Notes: generated by a model from the sequence alone, not told the origin. 64,000 nucleotides of DNA from Akkermansia sp. (GCA_048388685.1 DBGCTZ010000022.1:21382-85381), one strand, 5' to 3'. Counted from the first letter of the stretch, positions 1 through 9,745 are shown. Translations and numbers: made by a program.

Positions 1-797
1 AGGATGCAGGCATTCCCGCGTTCCTTGCAGAAGGGGGCCGTGATCACCACGTCCCCCGGCCTGATCCAGTCCCGGAGGGTTTCCACGCCTGCCGCTTCCG
101 TCAGCACGAGATGGACGTGCTCCACCTTCCGGAAGGAAATCTGGGAATCCACGTCAAATTCACGGATGGATTCAATCTCGTCATCAAAAAACTCCAGGCG
201 CACGGGGTGGGAGGACTGGAGCGGAAAAATATCCAGGATGCCGCCGCGGCGGGACCACTGGCCGCGGGAAATCACCTGCGGAACCCCTTCGAAGCCCGCT
301 TCCGTAAAAAGCGTTATCAAATCGTCCGGGGCGTGCGTTTCCCCCGTTTTCAGGGTCATCCCCTGGTTCTGCATGCCGTTGATGGAGGGAACCTCGTCAT
401 TCAGGCTGCCTTCCGTCACCACGATGGTCTGTCTGCCCACATGCCCGGAAGCGATGCGGTGCAGGACGTTCAGCCGTTCCGCGGCAAGTTCCGGGTCTCC
501 CACTTCCTCCCCAAGCGCCACTTCTTTTTCCGGAACGAAGAGGATGTTCCGCACTCCCCAGGTTTCCAGCTGCGCGGCGATGGATTCCTGCGCCCGCAGG
601 TGGGGCGCGACCACCCAGGCGCGGGAGGCGTCCGGAATAGACCGGATGCACAGGGCCGCTATAAAGGGGACGCCGGCCAGGGCCGTGTGGTCAAAAACAG
701 CCTGTTCCTCCGTGCCCAGTTTGGCCAGTTCCCGGTGAAAGGGCGCGGTACGGGCCACCCTGTCCATCAGGGCGGATATGGAAGCGTCTTCTGCCAT
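1..797 (-). CDS. mfd: Transcription-repair coupling factor Mfd, N-terminal part (continues beyond the window start)
   Basis: Manual minus-strand translation from ATG at 797 gives RGGILDIFPLQSSHPVRLEFFDDEIESIREFDVDSQIS, the UvrB-homology signature of Mfd. Absent from the ORF track because it has no stop inside the window. Confidence 0.85.
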   Translation of the reverse strand, partial: MAEDASISALMDRVARTAPFHRELAKLGTEEQAVFDHTALAGVPFIAALCIRSIPDASRAWVVAPHLRAQESIAAQLETWGVRNILFVPEKEVALGEEVGDPELAAERLNVLHRIASGHVGRQTIVVTEGSLNDEVPSINGMQNQGMTLKTGETHAPDDLITLFTEAGFEGVPQVISRGQWSRRGGILDIFPLQSSHPVRLEFFDDEIESIREFDVDSQISFRKVEHVHLVLTEAAGVETLRDWIRPGDVVITAPFCKERGNACI

Positions 798-914
798 GCG
801 TGTCTGATAAACCCTGCTGTCAGGAGTGTGCCGCCTTTCCCCGCCATGTCAACGGTTTTTCAGGGCACAGACTGTCCGCAAGCTCCCTCCCGGGGCGGCG
901 TTCCCGGGCACGGT

Positions 915-2096
915 TCAGGAAGAGGCGCGGAAATGGATCTTGATACCCGCCTTGCGCCATTTTTGTTCAATCTCCTTGGCCAGCTCCGCATAGCTGCGGC
1001 CGTCCAGCAGGAGCTTCTGCGCTTTCTTTTCACTGGTGCCGGACTGGATGGCCTTCATGTAATTCTTGATGCGCTGGCCGTCACCCTTGCCGTCCATGTG
1101 GTAGAAGTAATACGCCATCAGGGCGGCCAGCCCGTAATTCAGGTTGGCGTTCTCCCCGGTGAACTGGTCATATGGCATATTCATGTAGGACTCCAGGCCG
1201 GGCGCCTCAAAATCGTCCCCCAGGGCGCGGCCCCCGGTATTTTTCTTGCCGTATTCCGTCACGCGGGAAACGATGTGGGACCGGTTGGCTCCGAAGTTGA
1301 AGCGGCCTCCGGAATACGGAGTCATTCCCATGTATTCCGCGGAGCCCTCGCAGAACCAGCTTGCCTGCTTGGCCTCCGGAGACATGAGCTGGTGCGTCAG
1401 TTCATGAATGAGGGTGGAGGAATCCTTGTCCCGGTCAATGATGTACGTGCTTCCCATGGTCTTGACGCCCAGGGATTCAAACGGCACCAGGATTCTGCCG
1501 CGGTCTTTGGCGCGCGTCGTCCCCAGGAAAATTCCTGCCGTGCCTTCACGCCCCCCGTTTTCCAGGTAGGTGCTGAATTTCTCGTACAGGTAGGCCGGGA
1601 ATTTGGCGGAATCATCGTGCGGAGGGGTGTTGCCGATGGGGAGGGTCTTGTTCGCCAGGTGGGTGGCTTCAAACAGAAGCCCCAGCCGCTTGATCATGCC
1701 CGCGCCCAGTTTGGCGTCGCAAATGAAGCGGAAATGGGGCGTTTCATAAATGTACTCCCCTTTTTCCTCCTTGATGGTCTCCACCTTGAAATTATCCGGG
1801 CATTTGACGGTCCGGGGCCAAGGCAGGTGGTAATTGTCCGCGGGATTGGCGGGGGAGCCTCCCTTTCCCTGTTCCGCAATGAAATTCCGGTCTTCCTGGG
1901 AAAGCTGGGCCAGGGGAATGGAGACGGTCTGGCCGCTGGAGCGTTTCAGCACGGCTTTCTGGCCGTCCAGTTTGACGAAGTCGGCTTCCAGGCTTTTTCC
2001 CTGGACGCTGGTCCAGGTGCGGCCCTGGGCCATGGAAAGGAGGGAGAGGGAGCACAGGGCTCCCGTTACCAGGCAGAGGCATGCGGTATTCTTCAT
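915..2096 (-). CDS. Secreted SHD1-domain protein with a gluzincin-like zinc metallopeptidase motif
   Basis: Signal peptide MKNTACLCLVTGALCSLSLLSMA, SHD1-like RTWTSVQGKSLEADFV...LSQEDRNFI, then HELTH followed by WFCEGSAEY. Confidence 0.75.
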   Translation of the reverse strand: MKNTACLCLVTGALCSLSLLSMAQGRTWTSVQGKSLEADFVKLDGQKAVLKRSSGQTVSIPLAQLSQEDRNFIAEQGKGGSPANPADNYHLPWPRTVKCPDNFKVETIKEEKGEYIYETPHFRFICDAKLGAGMIKRLGLLFEATHLANKTLPIGNTPPHDDSAKFPAYLYEKFSTYLENGGREGTAGIFLGTTRAKDRGRILVPFESLGVKTMGSTYIIDRDKDSSTLIHELTHQLMSPEAKQASWFCEGSAEYMGMTPYSGGRFNFGANRSHIVSRVTEYGKKNTGGRALGDDFEAPGLESYMNMPYDQFTGENANLNYGLAALMAYYFYHMDGKGDGQRIKNYMKAIQSGTSEKKAQKLLLDGRSYAELAKEIEQKWRKAGIKIHFRASS

Positions 2097-2128
2097 AGGA
2101 CAGGGGAGGGTGTGGAAAGTTGTGGCTG

Positions 2129-4681
2129 TCAGTGTTTGGGACGCGGAAGCATCAGGAGCAGCAGACCGCAGAACAGCATCAGGAAGGCCGCTGCCGCCAG
2201 CGTGGTGGTCAGCGGAACGCCTTGGTCCTTGAACCATCCCCCGAAGAAGGAAATGAGGGCGCCCACGCCTGCGGACGTGAGGTTCAGAAGACCGTAGCCG
2301 GTTGCGGAATAACGCTCGTCAATGTGGGAGCGTAGCACAGGCATGAGGGTGGCGTCCAGCGATCCCTGCGCCAGCCCCTGCGTGGCGACGAGACCCAGCA
2401 TGAGCACGAGGGGAACCGCAATGTCCCAGCCGAAGATGCCGGGCAGCAATGCCAGAAGCACCAGGGGACCGGAGATGGTGAAGGTGATGCCCGGCACCAG
2501 GGCGCGGGCGCGGGCGTTGCGCTTGTACCACATGTCCGCCAGGATGGCGCCGCCCAGCACGGCCACGTATTTGGCTACGGAGCTCCACAGGGTGGCGGCG
2601 GGGCCGGCTTCCGCGGAGGAAAGCTGGTATTTATCCTGGAGCAGGGTGGGGTACCAGGTGAGCAGGAACCAGTTCCCGGCGCCTGCAAAGGCCACCACGG
2701 CCAGGAGCATCCACATGGGGCGGCCGCTCAGCAGGCTGGAAAGGACGGCTCCGGTGGAGAGCTTGGAGACGGGCTCCTTGATGACCTGCTCGTCATTATC
2801 CACATTGATCAGCACGGTCTTTTCCTCCGGTTTGGAGGGCTTCCGGGTCAGGGCCGTATCCGCCGGGGCCTTGGCCGGGTCTTTCAGGAACAGGATGAGG
2901 ACGATGGCGTACGCCACGCCGATCAGGCCGAACAGGGCGAAGGTCATGCGCCAGCCCGTCCATGAAGCCATGGTGGCGCCGAAGCCCGCCACGGCCATGC
3001 CCACGTAAATGCCGCTCATGTGCAGGCCCGTGGCGATGGAGCGCGTACTGCCCCGGTGGTAGTCCGTAATCAGGGCCAGGGCGGCGGGGATGTAAAAGGC
3101 CTCACTGATGCCCATGGCGCCGCGCGCCAGGAGCAGGGACGTGTAATCCTCCGCATGGCCGGTCCACCAGGTGACCACGGACCACACGACGAGGGAGCAC
3201 AGGATCATCAGGCGGCGGCTGTAACGGTCCGCCAGGAAGCCCCCCACGGGGCTGAGCAGGGCGTAAATCAGCAGGAAGACGGAGGTCACCATGCCGAACT
3301 GGGCTTCCGTCTGCGGAATGTCCCGGACGATGGGTTCATGCAGGGCGGAAAGGAGCTGCCGGTCAAAGTAGTTCAGCATCACCACGAACCACAGGACGAT
3401 GACGGCCACCCAGGCCCACAGGCCGGGCTTGGTGTTCGGGTCCGTGACGGCGGAGACGTTTTTAACGCCGTGGCGCATGGCGGAAACGATGATGATGGCC
3501 ACCACGATGACGGTCAGGATCAGCACGGCGTAATCCACCATGCTCATTTCAAAATGGTAGCCCGCATTGGCGGAGGCGTTGACGGCGGTCCGCACTCCGG
3601 GAGCGGTTTCCCCGCTGATGGTCATGATCTCGGTGCCTTTGACAAGGGCGGGCGCCGTGGCGATGCCGACGGGCCATTCCCCTTCATGCGTCCATTTGTT
3701 CTTGATGACGTCATAGGCCAGGATGTCCCTGGACTGCACTACGGGCCTGGACGCGTCCGGCGTGTTGCCGCGCTTGTCCCCGCCAATCAGGAGGATAGCG
3801 TTTTCACGCACCGGGGCCGGTCCCGCGGCGGCGGCAACGGGCGTTCCCGGTCCGGCAAGGGGCTGCTTGCTCATGGCGCCCCACTCGGAGGGGTTGTTGG
3901 ACGTCATGTTGTAATCAATCAGGTCGGAAAGGTACGTGCGGACGGATTCTCCGGAGGCGTCTCTGGAAAGGGTGCAGCCGCCCACGATGAACAGGGTGCT
4001 GTCACAGACGGCGGCGGTGGAAAGAATGCGGCCCGGACCGTGGAAAGACGGCAGCAGTTGCCACTTCATTTTGGCCGTGTCCGGCGTGGTATCCAGCATG
4101 TAGACGGTATTGAGCGCCGCTTCCGGCTGGTCCGCGTCCCGTCCGCCGATGACGAACAGCTTGTTCCCGTGGGAGGCGAAGGCGGCTTCCGTAATGGGGG
4201 TGGGAAGGGGAGGGAGCTTCTCCACGGAGCCGTCCGCCTTGATCAGCAGAGCGTCTTTCAGGATGCCTTCCGCATTATGGCCGCCAGCTACCGCTAGCCC
4301 TTTGCCTACGCTGCCGAAGGCCGCGTAACCCAGGGGCGCGGGCAGTGTTCCGGCCTTGCTCCACTGGCCGTTGCGGAGTTTGAAAATATCCTGGTGGTAC
4401 GCCTTGGGGCCGCGCTCCTCCGGGGTGGAGGCTCCCGGCGCGGCCTGCGGGAAGTTGGCCCCGCCCGCGGCGATGATGGATTGGGTGCCGTCATTCTCCG
4501 TAACGGTTCCGGCAACCATGCCTGCGCGGCCTACCGGGTCCGGCAGGTCCGGGATGGTACCGGCGGGCTGGACCTCCACGGAAAAGGAGGCATTGGCGGC
4601 GGGAGCCGCGATCAGCACCAGGGCGGCGAGAGCGCAGCCCCATGGCTTGGAGAATCGGGTAAGGTAACGTGAAAGGTGCAT
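2129..4681 (-). CDS. Fusion of an N-terminal Kelch beta-propeller (NanM/cyclically permuted mutarotase-like) and a C-terminal MFS sugar-acid transporter (NanT-like)
   Basis: Signal peptide, GG-containing Kelch repeats (AAGGANFP, VIGG, IVGG, LIGG), a TM linker, then MFS motifs LNYFDRQ, GGFLADRYSRR and ARGAMGISEA in one uninterrupted ORF. Start placed at MHLSRYL. Confidence 0.85.
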   Translation of the reverse strand: MHLSRYLTRFSKPWGCALAALVLIAAPAANASFSVEVQPAGTIPDLPDPVGRAGMVAGTVTENDGTQSIIAAGGANFPQAAPGASTPEERGPKAYHQDIFKLRNGQWSKAGTLPAPLGYAAFGSVGKGLAVAGGHNAEGILKDALLIKADGSVEKLPPLPTPITEAAFASHGNKLFVIGGRDADQPEAALNTVYMLDTTPDTAKMKWQLLPSFHGPGRILSTAAVCDSTLFIVGGCTLSRDASGESVRTYLSDLIDYNMTSNNPSEWGAMSKQPLAGPGTPVAAAAGPAPVRENAILLIGGDKRGNTPDASRPVVQSRDILAYDVIKNKWTHEGEWPVGIATAPALVKGTEIMTISGETAPGVRTAVNASANAGYHFEMSMVDYAVLILTVIVVAIIIVSAMRHGVKNVSAVTDPNTKPGLWAWVAVIVLWFVVMLNYFDRQLLSALHEPIVRDIPQTEAQFGMVTSVFLLIYALLSPVGGFLADRYSRRLMILCSLVVWSVVTWWTGHAEDYTSLLLARGAMGISEAFYIPAALALITDYHRGSTRSIATGLHMSGIYVGMAVAGFGATMASWTGWRMTFALFGLIGVAYAIVLILFLKDPAKAPADTALTRKPSKPEEKTVLINVDNDEQVIKEPVSKLSTGAVLSSLLSGRPMWMLLAVVAFAGAGNWFLLTWYPTLLQDKYQLSSAEAGPAATLWSSVAKYVAVLGGAILADMWYKRNARARALVPGITFTISGPLVLLALLPGIFGWDIAVPLVLMLGLVATQGLAQGSLDATLMPVLRSHIDERYSATGYGLLNLTSAGVGALISFFGGWFKDQGVPLTTTLAAAAFLMLFCGLLLLMLPRPKH

Positions 4682-4718
4682 ATGCTGGAAAATGTTGCTT
4701 GGGATCGGTAGGAAAAAA

Positions 4719-5702
4719 TCAGGAAAGGGTGATGCTCCACACTTCACGGGAGCGCCTGCCGGGTTTGAGCTCCCCGTTGACGGCGGCGAAACCGCCCTGC
4801 CACGCGCAGCAGGGAAGAACCGCCCTGGGCGCCGCGATGGAGCCACCGTCGTGCCACGTCATGTCTGCCGTATCCAGGCACAGGGACTGGTTGTTGAAAC
4901 CGGGATTGGTCTGCGGGGTGTACTTTTTCCCGGAGCCGTCATCCCCGCCCAGCAGGTAAATCACGCCCGTCCGGGAAACCGGGGCCGGAGTGGGCGCGGC
5001 GGCAATGGCGTAAGGCATGTCCGGAAGCTGTGTCCAGCCGCGTTCCGGGGTAAAGCTCCAGGCCTCCGTGAGCAGTTCCCTGACCTGTCTGCCGTCCTGT
5101 TCCTTCAGGCCGATGCCGCCCAGCACGTAAAGAACGCCGTCCGCGGCGGCCATCTGGTGCAGGAAGCGTCCGCGGCCCGGCAGGGGAGCCAGCTCCTGCC
5201 ATCCCTGTTCCGGCTGGCGTGTGTCCAGCATGAACACCCGGTTGGTGCAGTCCTGTTCTCCGGGACGCTCACAGCCTCCCGTGAGATAAACTTTTCCGTC
5301 CAGAACAGCCGCCGCCGTATAAGCCAGGGCGAAGGGGAGGGCGGGGAAGGGAGCCGCGGTCACGGCGCCGTCCGCCGCGCTCAGCAGGTAAACGTCTTTC
5401 CGGTGACCTGCCTGGCCGCATCCGCCGATGCACAGCACCCCGTCTTTAATACTGGCGGAAGCTCCGTACGCATAAGGCGTGGGGAGCGTTCCGGCCTCCG
5501 TCCAGGCGGCTGCGCCCGGGGCCAGCGTGAAGATGCGGTCCGTCCACGTCTTGGAGCCGCCTTCAAGCATGGGTTTATCCGGGAAATTGGTGCCTCCGGC
5601 GCAAATCATTGTTTCTCCGTGGGTTCCTGCATACATGCCGGCGAAACCTTCCGGATCGGGAAGAGAGGGTAGGGGACTCCAGGATGAAGAATAAAGACTC
5701 AT
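4719..5702 (-). CDS. Kelch-repeat NanM-like mutarotase family protein, no signal peptide
   Basis: CAGGTNFPDKP..EGGSK, CIGG, LTGG, VLGG and LLGG repeats; paralogous to the N-domain of the downstream fusion. Confidence 0.8.
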   Translation of the reverse strand: MSLYSSSWSPLPSLPDPEGFAGMYAGTHGETMICAGGTNFPDKPMLEGGSKTWTDRIFTLAPGAAAWTEAGTLPTPYAYGASASIKDGVLCIGGCGQAGHRKDVYLLSAADGAVTAAPFPALPFALAYTAAAVLDGKVYLTGGCERPGEQDCTNRVFMLDTRQPEQGWQELAPLPGRGRFLHQMAAADGVLYVLGGIGLKEQDGRQVRELLTEAWSFTPERGWTQLPDMPYAIAAAPTPAPVSRTGVIYLLGGDDGSGKKYTPQTNPGFNNQSLCLDTADMTWHDGGSIAAPRAVLPCCAWQGGFAAVNGELKPGRRSREVWSITLS

Positions 5703-5831
5703 ACAAGTATAAAGGATTCGCGTAATGCTAACGAAAAGCGGTCCGCTGCGCCAGAATTAACCTCTGGTCCTATTTTTTTTGAATAAATTTCTTTCCCCGC
5801 GCCTCTTACCCACGTAGAAGAGGAGAATCAT

Positions 5832-6686
5832 ATGAAGCATGGAACCTGTCTTTTAATACTGTGCGCCCTGTTGCCCGCCGCTCTGGCGGAAAACATGACC
5901 CTGAGGTCCGGAAGGGTGCTTAAGGATGCCAGCGTGGTATCTTCCGGGGATGACTTTGTCAGCGTCCAGTACACGGACGGCGTAGCCAAGGTTCCTTACA
6001 AGGAACTGACGGACGAACAGCAGAAGGACTATAAAATGACGCCGGAGGACGTGGAGGCCAGGCTGGACCGGAGGCGCCTGGAAGATGCGGTGCGGAAAAA
6101 GAAGGCGGAAGAGGCCAGGAAGGCGGCAGATGAGGAGGCCAGGAAAATCCGGGAATCCCTGTCCGAGGCGGAACGCCACCCCCGCTATCTGGAGGGGGCG
6201 GACATTGCCCGCATGTTTCTGCTGCTGGGGGAACTCTCCCAGGTGGAGGCGGAAGTCATGGCCCTGCAATGGAATGCGCTGGAAGCGGACCGCGTGGGGC
6301 TCCCGCAGGATGCCCGCGTATTCCGTGCGAGGATGGGCACGTATCAGGATCAGGTAAGCGCCATCCGTAAAAAGAGGGAATCCGCCGAGCAGTACTGGCA
6401 GGACCTGGAAAAGAAGTACCTGGCCCTGAAGGACGGAACCCAGAAGAAGATTGCGGACCTGAACAAGCAGGTCTCCCAGCTGCAGGGGGAAGTGCGCGAG
6501 GTAGCCAGCCAGCCGAGAACGGAACGCATCATCGTCCCCCCGATCATCAGGACGTGGAACTATCCGCCCCCTCCCGTAATTATCCGGCCTACGCCTCTCC
6601 CGCCGCCCAGGCCCCATCCCATTCCGCCGCGGCCCGTTCCTCCGCGGCCTAATCCGATTCCTCCCCGGCCTTTGCCCATATCATGA
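5832..6686 (+). CDS. Secreted hypothetical protein with coiled coils and a Pro/Arg-rich C-terminal tail
   Basis: Signal peptide, SD-like GAGGAG upstream, charged helical segments, PPRP repeats at the C-terminus. Confidence 0.75.
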   Translation: MKHGTCLLILCALLPAALAENMTLRSGRVLKDASVVSSGDDFVSVQYTDGVAKVPYKELTDEQQKDYKMTPEDVEARLDRRRLEDAVRKKKAEEARKAADEEARKIRESLSEAERHPRYLEGADIARMFLLLGELSQVEAEVMALQWNALEADRVGLPQDARVFRARMGTYQDQVSAIRKKRESAEQYWQDLEKKYLALKDGTQKKIADLNKQVSQLQGEVREVASQPRTERIIVPPIIRTWNYPPPPVIIRPTPLPPPRPHPIPPRPVPPRPNPIPPRPLPIS

Positions 6687-6741
6687 AATCGGACGCAAGG
6701 GACTGCGGAAAGGCCTTTCCTCTATAAAAAAGGAATGCTGG

Positions 6742-7551
6742 CTACACTCCGGGCAGGGGAATCAGCGTTATGCGGCCTGCCTGGAAAGAGGCCAGATGCC
6801 GGAACCCGGCCTGGCGGGCCAGTTCCGCGGCGCGCTCAAAATCCCGGCCCACATCCTCCGGCTTGTGGGCGTCTGAACTGATGGTGAGGGGGATATCCAT
6901 TTCTGCCGCCATTTTCAGGAACTGCGCGTCCGGATACTGCTCCGCGCACTTATTGCGCCAGCCGGCGGTATTAAGCTCCAGGCACGCGCCGGATTCCCGG
7001 ATGGCCTCCAGGGCGGCTTCGTAATAAGGGCGCAGGTCTCCGTCAGGGCGGAACCCGAATTTCTTGATCAGGTCCGCATGGCCCATAATCTGGAACAGGC
7101 CGGAGGCAGCCATGTCCCGGTAGCGTTCCCAGTACTGCGCCCAGGCGTCCTCCACAGCCGTCCGGCTCCAGAAATCCATCCTGTAGGGATTGTCAAACTC
7201 CTCCTTCTTCCCCAGATAATGGACGGAGCCGATCAGGTAATCCCACCCGTGCAGGCTCTGCAAATGCTCTATCCAAGGCTCAATGCCGGGGAACCAGTCG
7301 CATTCCAGCGCGGTGCGGACTGTCAGGCCGTGCGGGGCGGCCAGTTCCGTGGCCTCCGTGAGCCAGTCCAGATAGGCCGGGATGTCCGCCTGTTTCATGC
7401 GCCAGTCGTCAAAAGGTTCGCCGGGCATCGGGGCGTGGTCGGAAATGCCGTATTCCCGCAGTCCGGCACGCACGGCTGACTGCACATATTCCTGCGGAGT
7501 GCCGGAGGCGTGCAGGCACAGGGGGGTATGGGTATGGTAATCGCAGTACAT
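6742..7551 (-). CDS. Histidinol-phosphatase, PHP (HisJ/HisK) family
   Basis: DYHTHT, ISDHAP, DYLIGSVH, GHADLIKKF, ELNTAG and SSDAH motifs. Confidence 0.9.
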   Translation of the reverse strand: MYCDYHTHTPLCLHASGTPQEYVQSAVRAGLREYGISDHAPMPGEPFDDWRMKQADIPAYLDWLTEATELAAPHGLTVRTALECDWFPGIEPWIEHLQSLHGWDYLIGSVHYLGKKEEFDNPYRMDFWSRTAVEDAWAQYWERYRDMAASGLFQIMGHADLIKKFGFRPDGDLRPYYEAALEAIRESGACLELNTAGWRNKCAEQYPDAQFLKMAAEMDIPLTISSDAHKPEDVGRDFERAAELARQAGFRHLASFQAGRITLIPLPGV

Positions 7552-7692
7552 GGGGGAATGCCCATGTTAGCACGGCGGCGCGGGCGGTTCAATCCGGAGG
7601 ATGTATTTGCCGATTATTTGCCGTCTTTGACTTTATGGGTTGATTTTATGGACAGGATTTTTTAGAGTCCCGTTGAATAGGACACGTGACAT

Positions 7693-8784
7693 ATGAGTGA
7701 TTGGCAAGGTTTTTCCCCGCTGAATGATTTTACAGGACCTCTCCTGGACAACCTGAAGCGCCATCCCAAGCGCATCGTTTTTCCGGAAGGGGAGGATGTG
7801 CGCGTGTTGCGTGTGTCCGAACGCTTCGTGGCGGAACAGGCTGGCGTGCCCATCCTGCTGGGACGGAAGGAAGTCATCAGGAGAATGGCGGAAATGAACG
7901 GAATTTCCCTGAAATTCGTCCGCATCATTGAACCGGAAAAGAGCTCCGACCTCCAGATGTTCTGCGACCGCTATGAGCGTGCGGAACAAATGTTCGGCAA
8001 CGGGCTGCCCATGAACACGCGTGAAATCGTTTCCGAACCCGTCCACTTTGCGGCCATGATGGTGCTTTACGGCCAGGCGGACGCCATTGTGGCCGGGAAC
8101 ATGAAAAGGGTGGCCTCCGTCTTCCGCGCCGTGAACAAATATCGGCAGGACCCCGTTCCTGCCAAGCCCCTCTTCGCCATCTCCATTGTGCTGGTTCCCG
8201 AATTTGCCAGAAAATTCGGCGGACGCGGCATCTACTTCCTGGCGGATACCGGGGTGACGCCTGATCCCACGGTGGAGAACATGGCCTACTTTGCCGTGGA
8301 AACGGCCAAAATGGCCCGGCACATGCTCGGCAAAAGCATTCGCGTCGCCATGCTGAGCGCGTCCACGGACGGCTCCGTGCCGGAACTGGCCGCGGACCGT
8401 ACCAAGGCCGCCACGGCGCTGGCCCGGAGCATGGTGCAGAAGGAATGCCTGAACAGTGAAATCTCCGTGGAAGGGGAAATCCAGATTGACGCCGCCCTGT
8501 CACCGGACTCCTACAGCGTGCGCGTGCACCGCAACTCCATGCTGCAACCCAGTGACGTGTGGGTTTTCCCGACCCTGGATGCCGCCGACATCTCCAAAAA
8601 GCTGATCTGCATGATGCCCTCCGTATATAACTACGGCCTGATTCTGGGCGGCCTGCTCTTCCCTATTGCCCAGCTTCCGCGGCTGACGGATGAAGACCGG
8701 ATGTTCGGCACCGCGCTGGTGGTGGGGAATGAAGCCATCAAATTCCACCTGCTGTATCCGCAGGGGGTTGCTCCCCTTTATTGA
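7693..8784 (+). CDS. Phosphate acetyl/butyryltransferase (Pta) homologue with a degenerate catalytic motif
   Basis: KRIVFPEGED, VAMLSAST.GS, GEIQIDAA and VFPTLDA motifs are present; the canonical DLSRG reads QLPRL. Confidence 0.8.
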   Translation: MSDWQGFSPLNDFTGPLLDNLKRHPKRIVFPEGEDVRVLRVSERFVAEQAGVPILLGRKEVIRRMAEMNGISLKFVRIIEPEKSSDLQMFCDRYERAEQMFGNGLPMNTREIVSEPVHFAAMMVLYGQADAIVAGNMKRVASVFRAVNKYRQDPVPAKPLFAISIVLVPEFARKFGGRGIYFLADTGVTPDPTVENMAYFAVETAKMARHMLGKSIRVAMLSASTDGSVPELAADRTKAATALARSMVQKECLNSEISVEGEIQIDAALSPDSYSVRVHRNSMLQPSDVWVFPTLDAADISKKLICMMPSVYNYGLILGGLLFPIAQLPRLTDEDRMFGTALVVGNEAIKFHLLYPQGVAPLY

Positions 8785-9745
8785 CCGGGAGCGGCGCGTC
8801 CTTGACCAGCAGGCGTTTCTCCTTCCGCACGGCCAGTTTGCCCCCCGGCAGGGAAGTGCGGGAAGGGCCGTCCGTCGCCAGGATGCCCATGACCCGGAGC
8901 ACGGCATCCTCCGTCAGGTCCGGAACATGCTGGCGGCGCAGGTAATCATGCACGGCGCATTGCCTCAGCTCCGCGGGGAGCCGGTTCACCTTAGGCAGGA
9001 ACAGGCGTCCCTGCGGGTCCGTCAGGTTCATGGAATCCAGAGCCTGGGAAAGCGCCGTGCGTATCCGGTTCTCCACCCGGCACGCGCGTGAAAAGGAAAG
9101 GCTGGTATCCCGCTGGAACAGGGCATCCAGCTTTGGGATGACCTCATGGCGCAGGGCGTTCCTGGTATACTCCGTGGACTGGTTGCTGGCGTCCTCCCTC
9201 CAGGGAATATGGCGCCGGGTCAGGTACGCGGTGATCTCCTCCCTGGAAAAATCCAGCAGGGGCCGGACGACAGTCAAACCGTTGGCCCACGTGGAGACGG
9301 GAGCCATGCCGTGAATGCCGGAAGCCCCGCGGCACAGGTGCAGGAGGGCGGTCTCCTGCTGGTCGTTCCGGTGATGGGCCAGCGCCACGAAGGCCCCGGG
9401 GCGGTTTGAGGCCCACTTCCGGAACAACGCCTGCCGCGCATGCCGGGCCGCTTCTTCCAGAGACATGCCCCCGGTACGGGCCATGGTGCGGACGTCCGCC
9501 TGCTCCCACACGCAGGGAACCCTCAGGGCGGCGGCATATTGGCGTACGAACTGCATCTCCTCATCCGCCTCCGGCCGCAAACCGTGGTGCACGTGGCAGG
9601 CGATGAGGTTGCACCCCTGCATGCCGGACAGCAGGGAAAGGAGGGCCATGGAATCCCGCCCGCCGCTGATGCCGGCAAGGACGGGACGCCCGGAACGCAG
9701 AAGCTCCGCACACTGGCTGTCAAAATGGTCCGGTGTCAACGTCAT
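8738..9745 (-). CDS. tilS: tRNA(Ile)-lysidine synthetase
   Basis: SGGRDSMAL PP-loop, HVHHGLR, EEAAR, AHHRNDQQET, RPLL and D.SN...YTRNALRH motifs. Confidence 0.93.
   Translation of the reverse strand: MTLTPDHFDSQCAELLRSGRPVLAGISGGRDSMALLSLLSGMQGCNLIACHVHHGLRPEADEEMQFVRQYAAALRVPCVWEQADVRTMARTGGMSLEEAARHARQALFRKWASNRPGAFVALAHHRNDQQETALLHLCRGASGIHGMAPVSTWANGLTVVRPLLDFSREEITAYLTRRHIPWREDASNQSTEYTRNALRHEVIPKLDALFQRDTSLSFSRACRVENRIRTALSQALDSMNLTDPQGRLFLPKVNRLPAELRQCAVHDYLRRQHVPDLTEDAVLRVMGILATDGPSRTSLPGGKLAVRKEKRLLVKDAPLPVNKGEQPPADTAGGI

Noticed and set aside
111..2297. 728-aa plus-strand ORF and other long antisense ORFs (e.g. 34588-36450, 54743-56545, 19419-21047, 22448-24010)
   Set aside because: Shadow ORFs opposite well-supported genes; expected with high GC3 codon bias and lacking recognisable motifs.
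8738..8784. 47-bp convergent overlap between the Pta homologue and tilS
   Set aside because: Short 3' overlaps are common and the overlapping tilS tail looks unconstrained.
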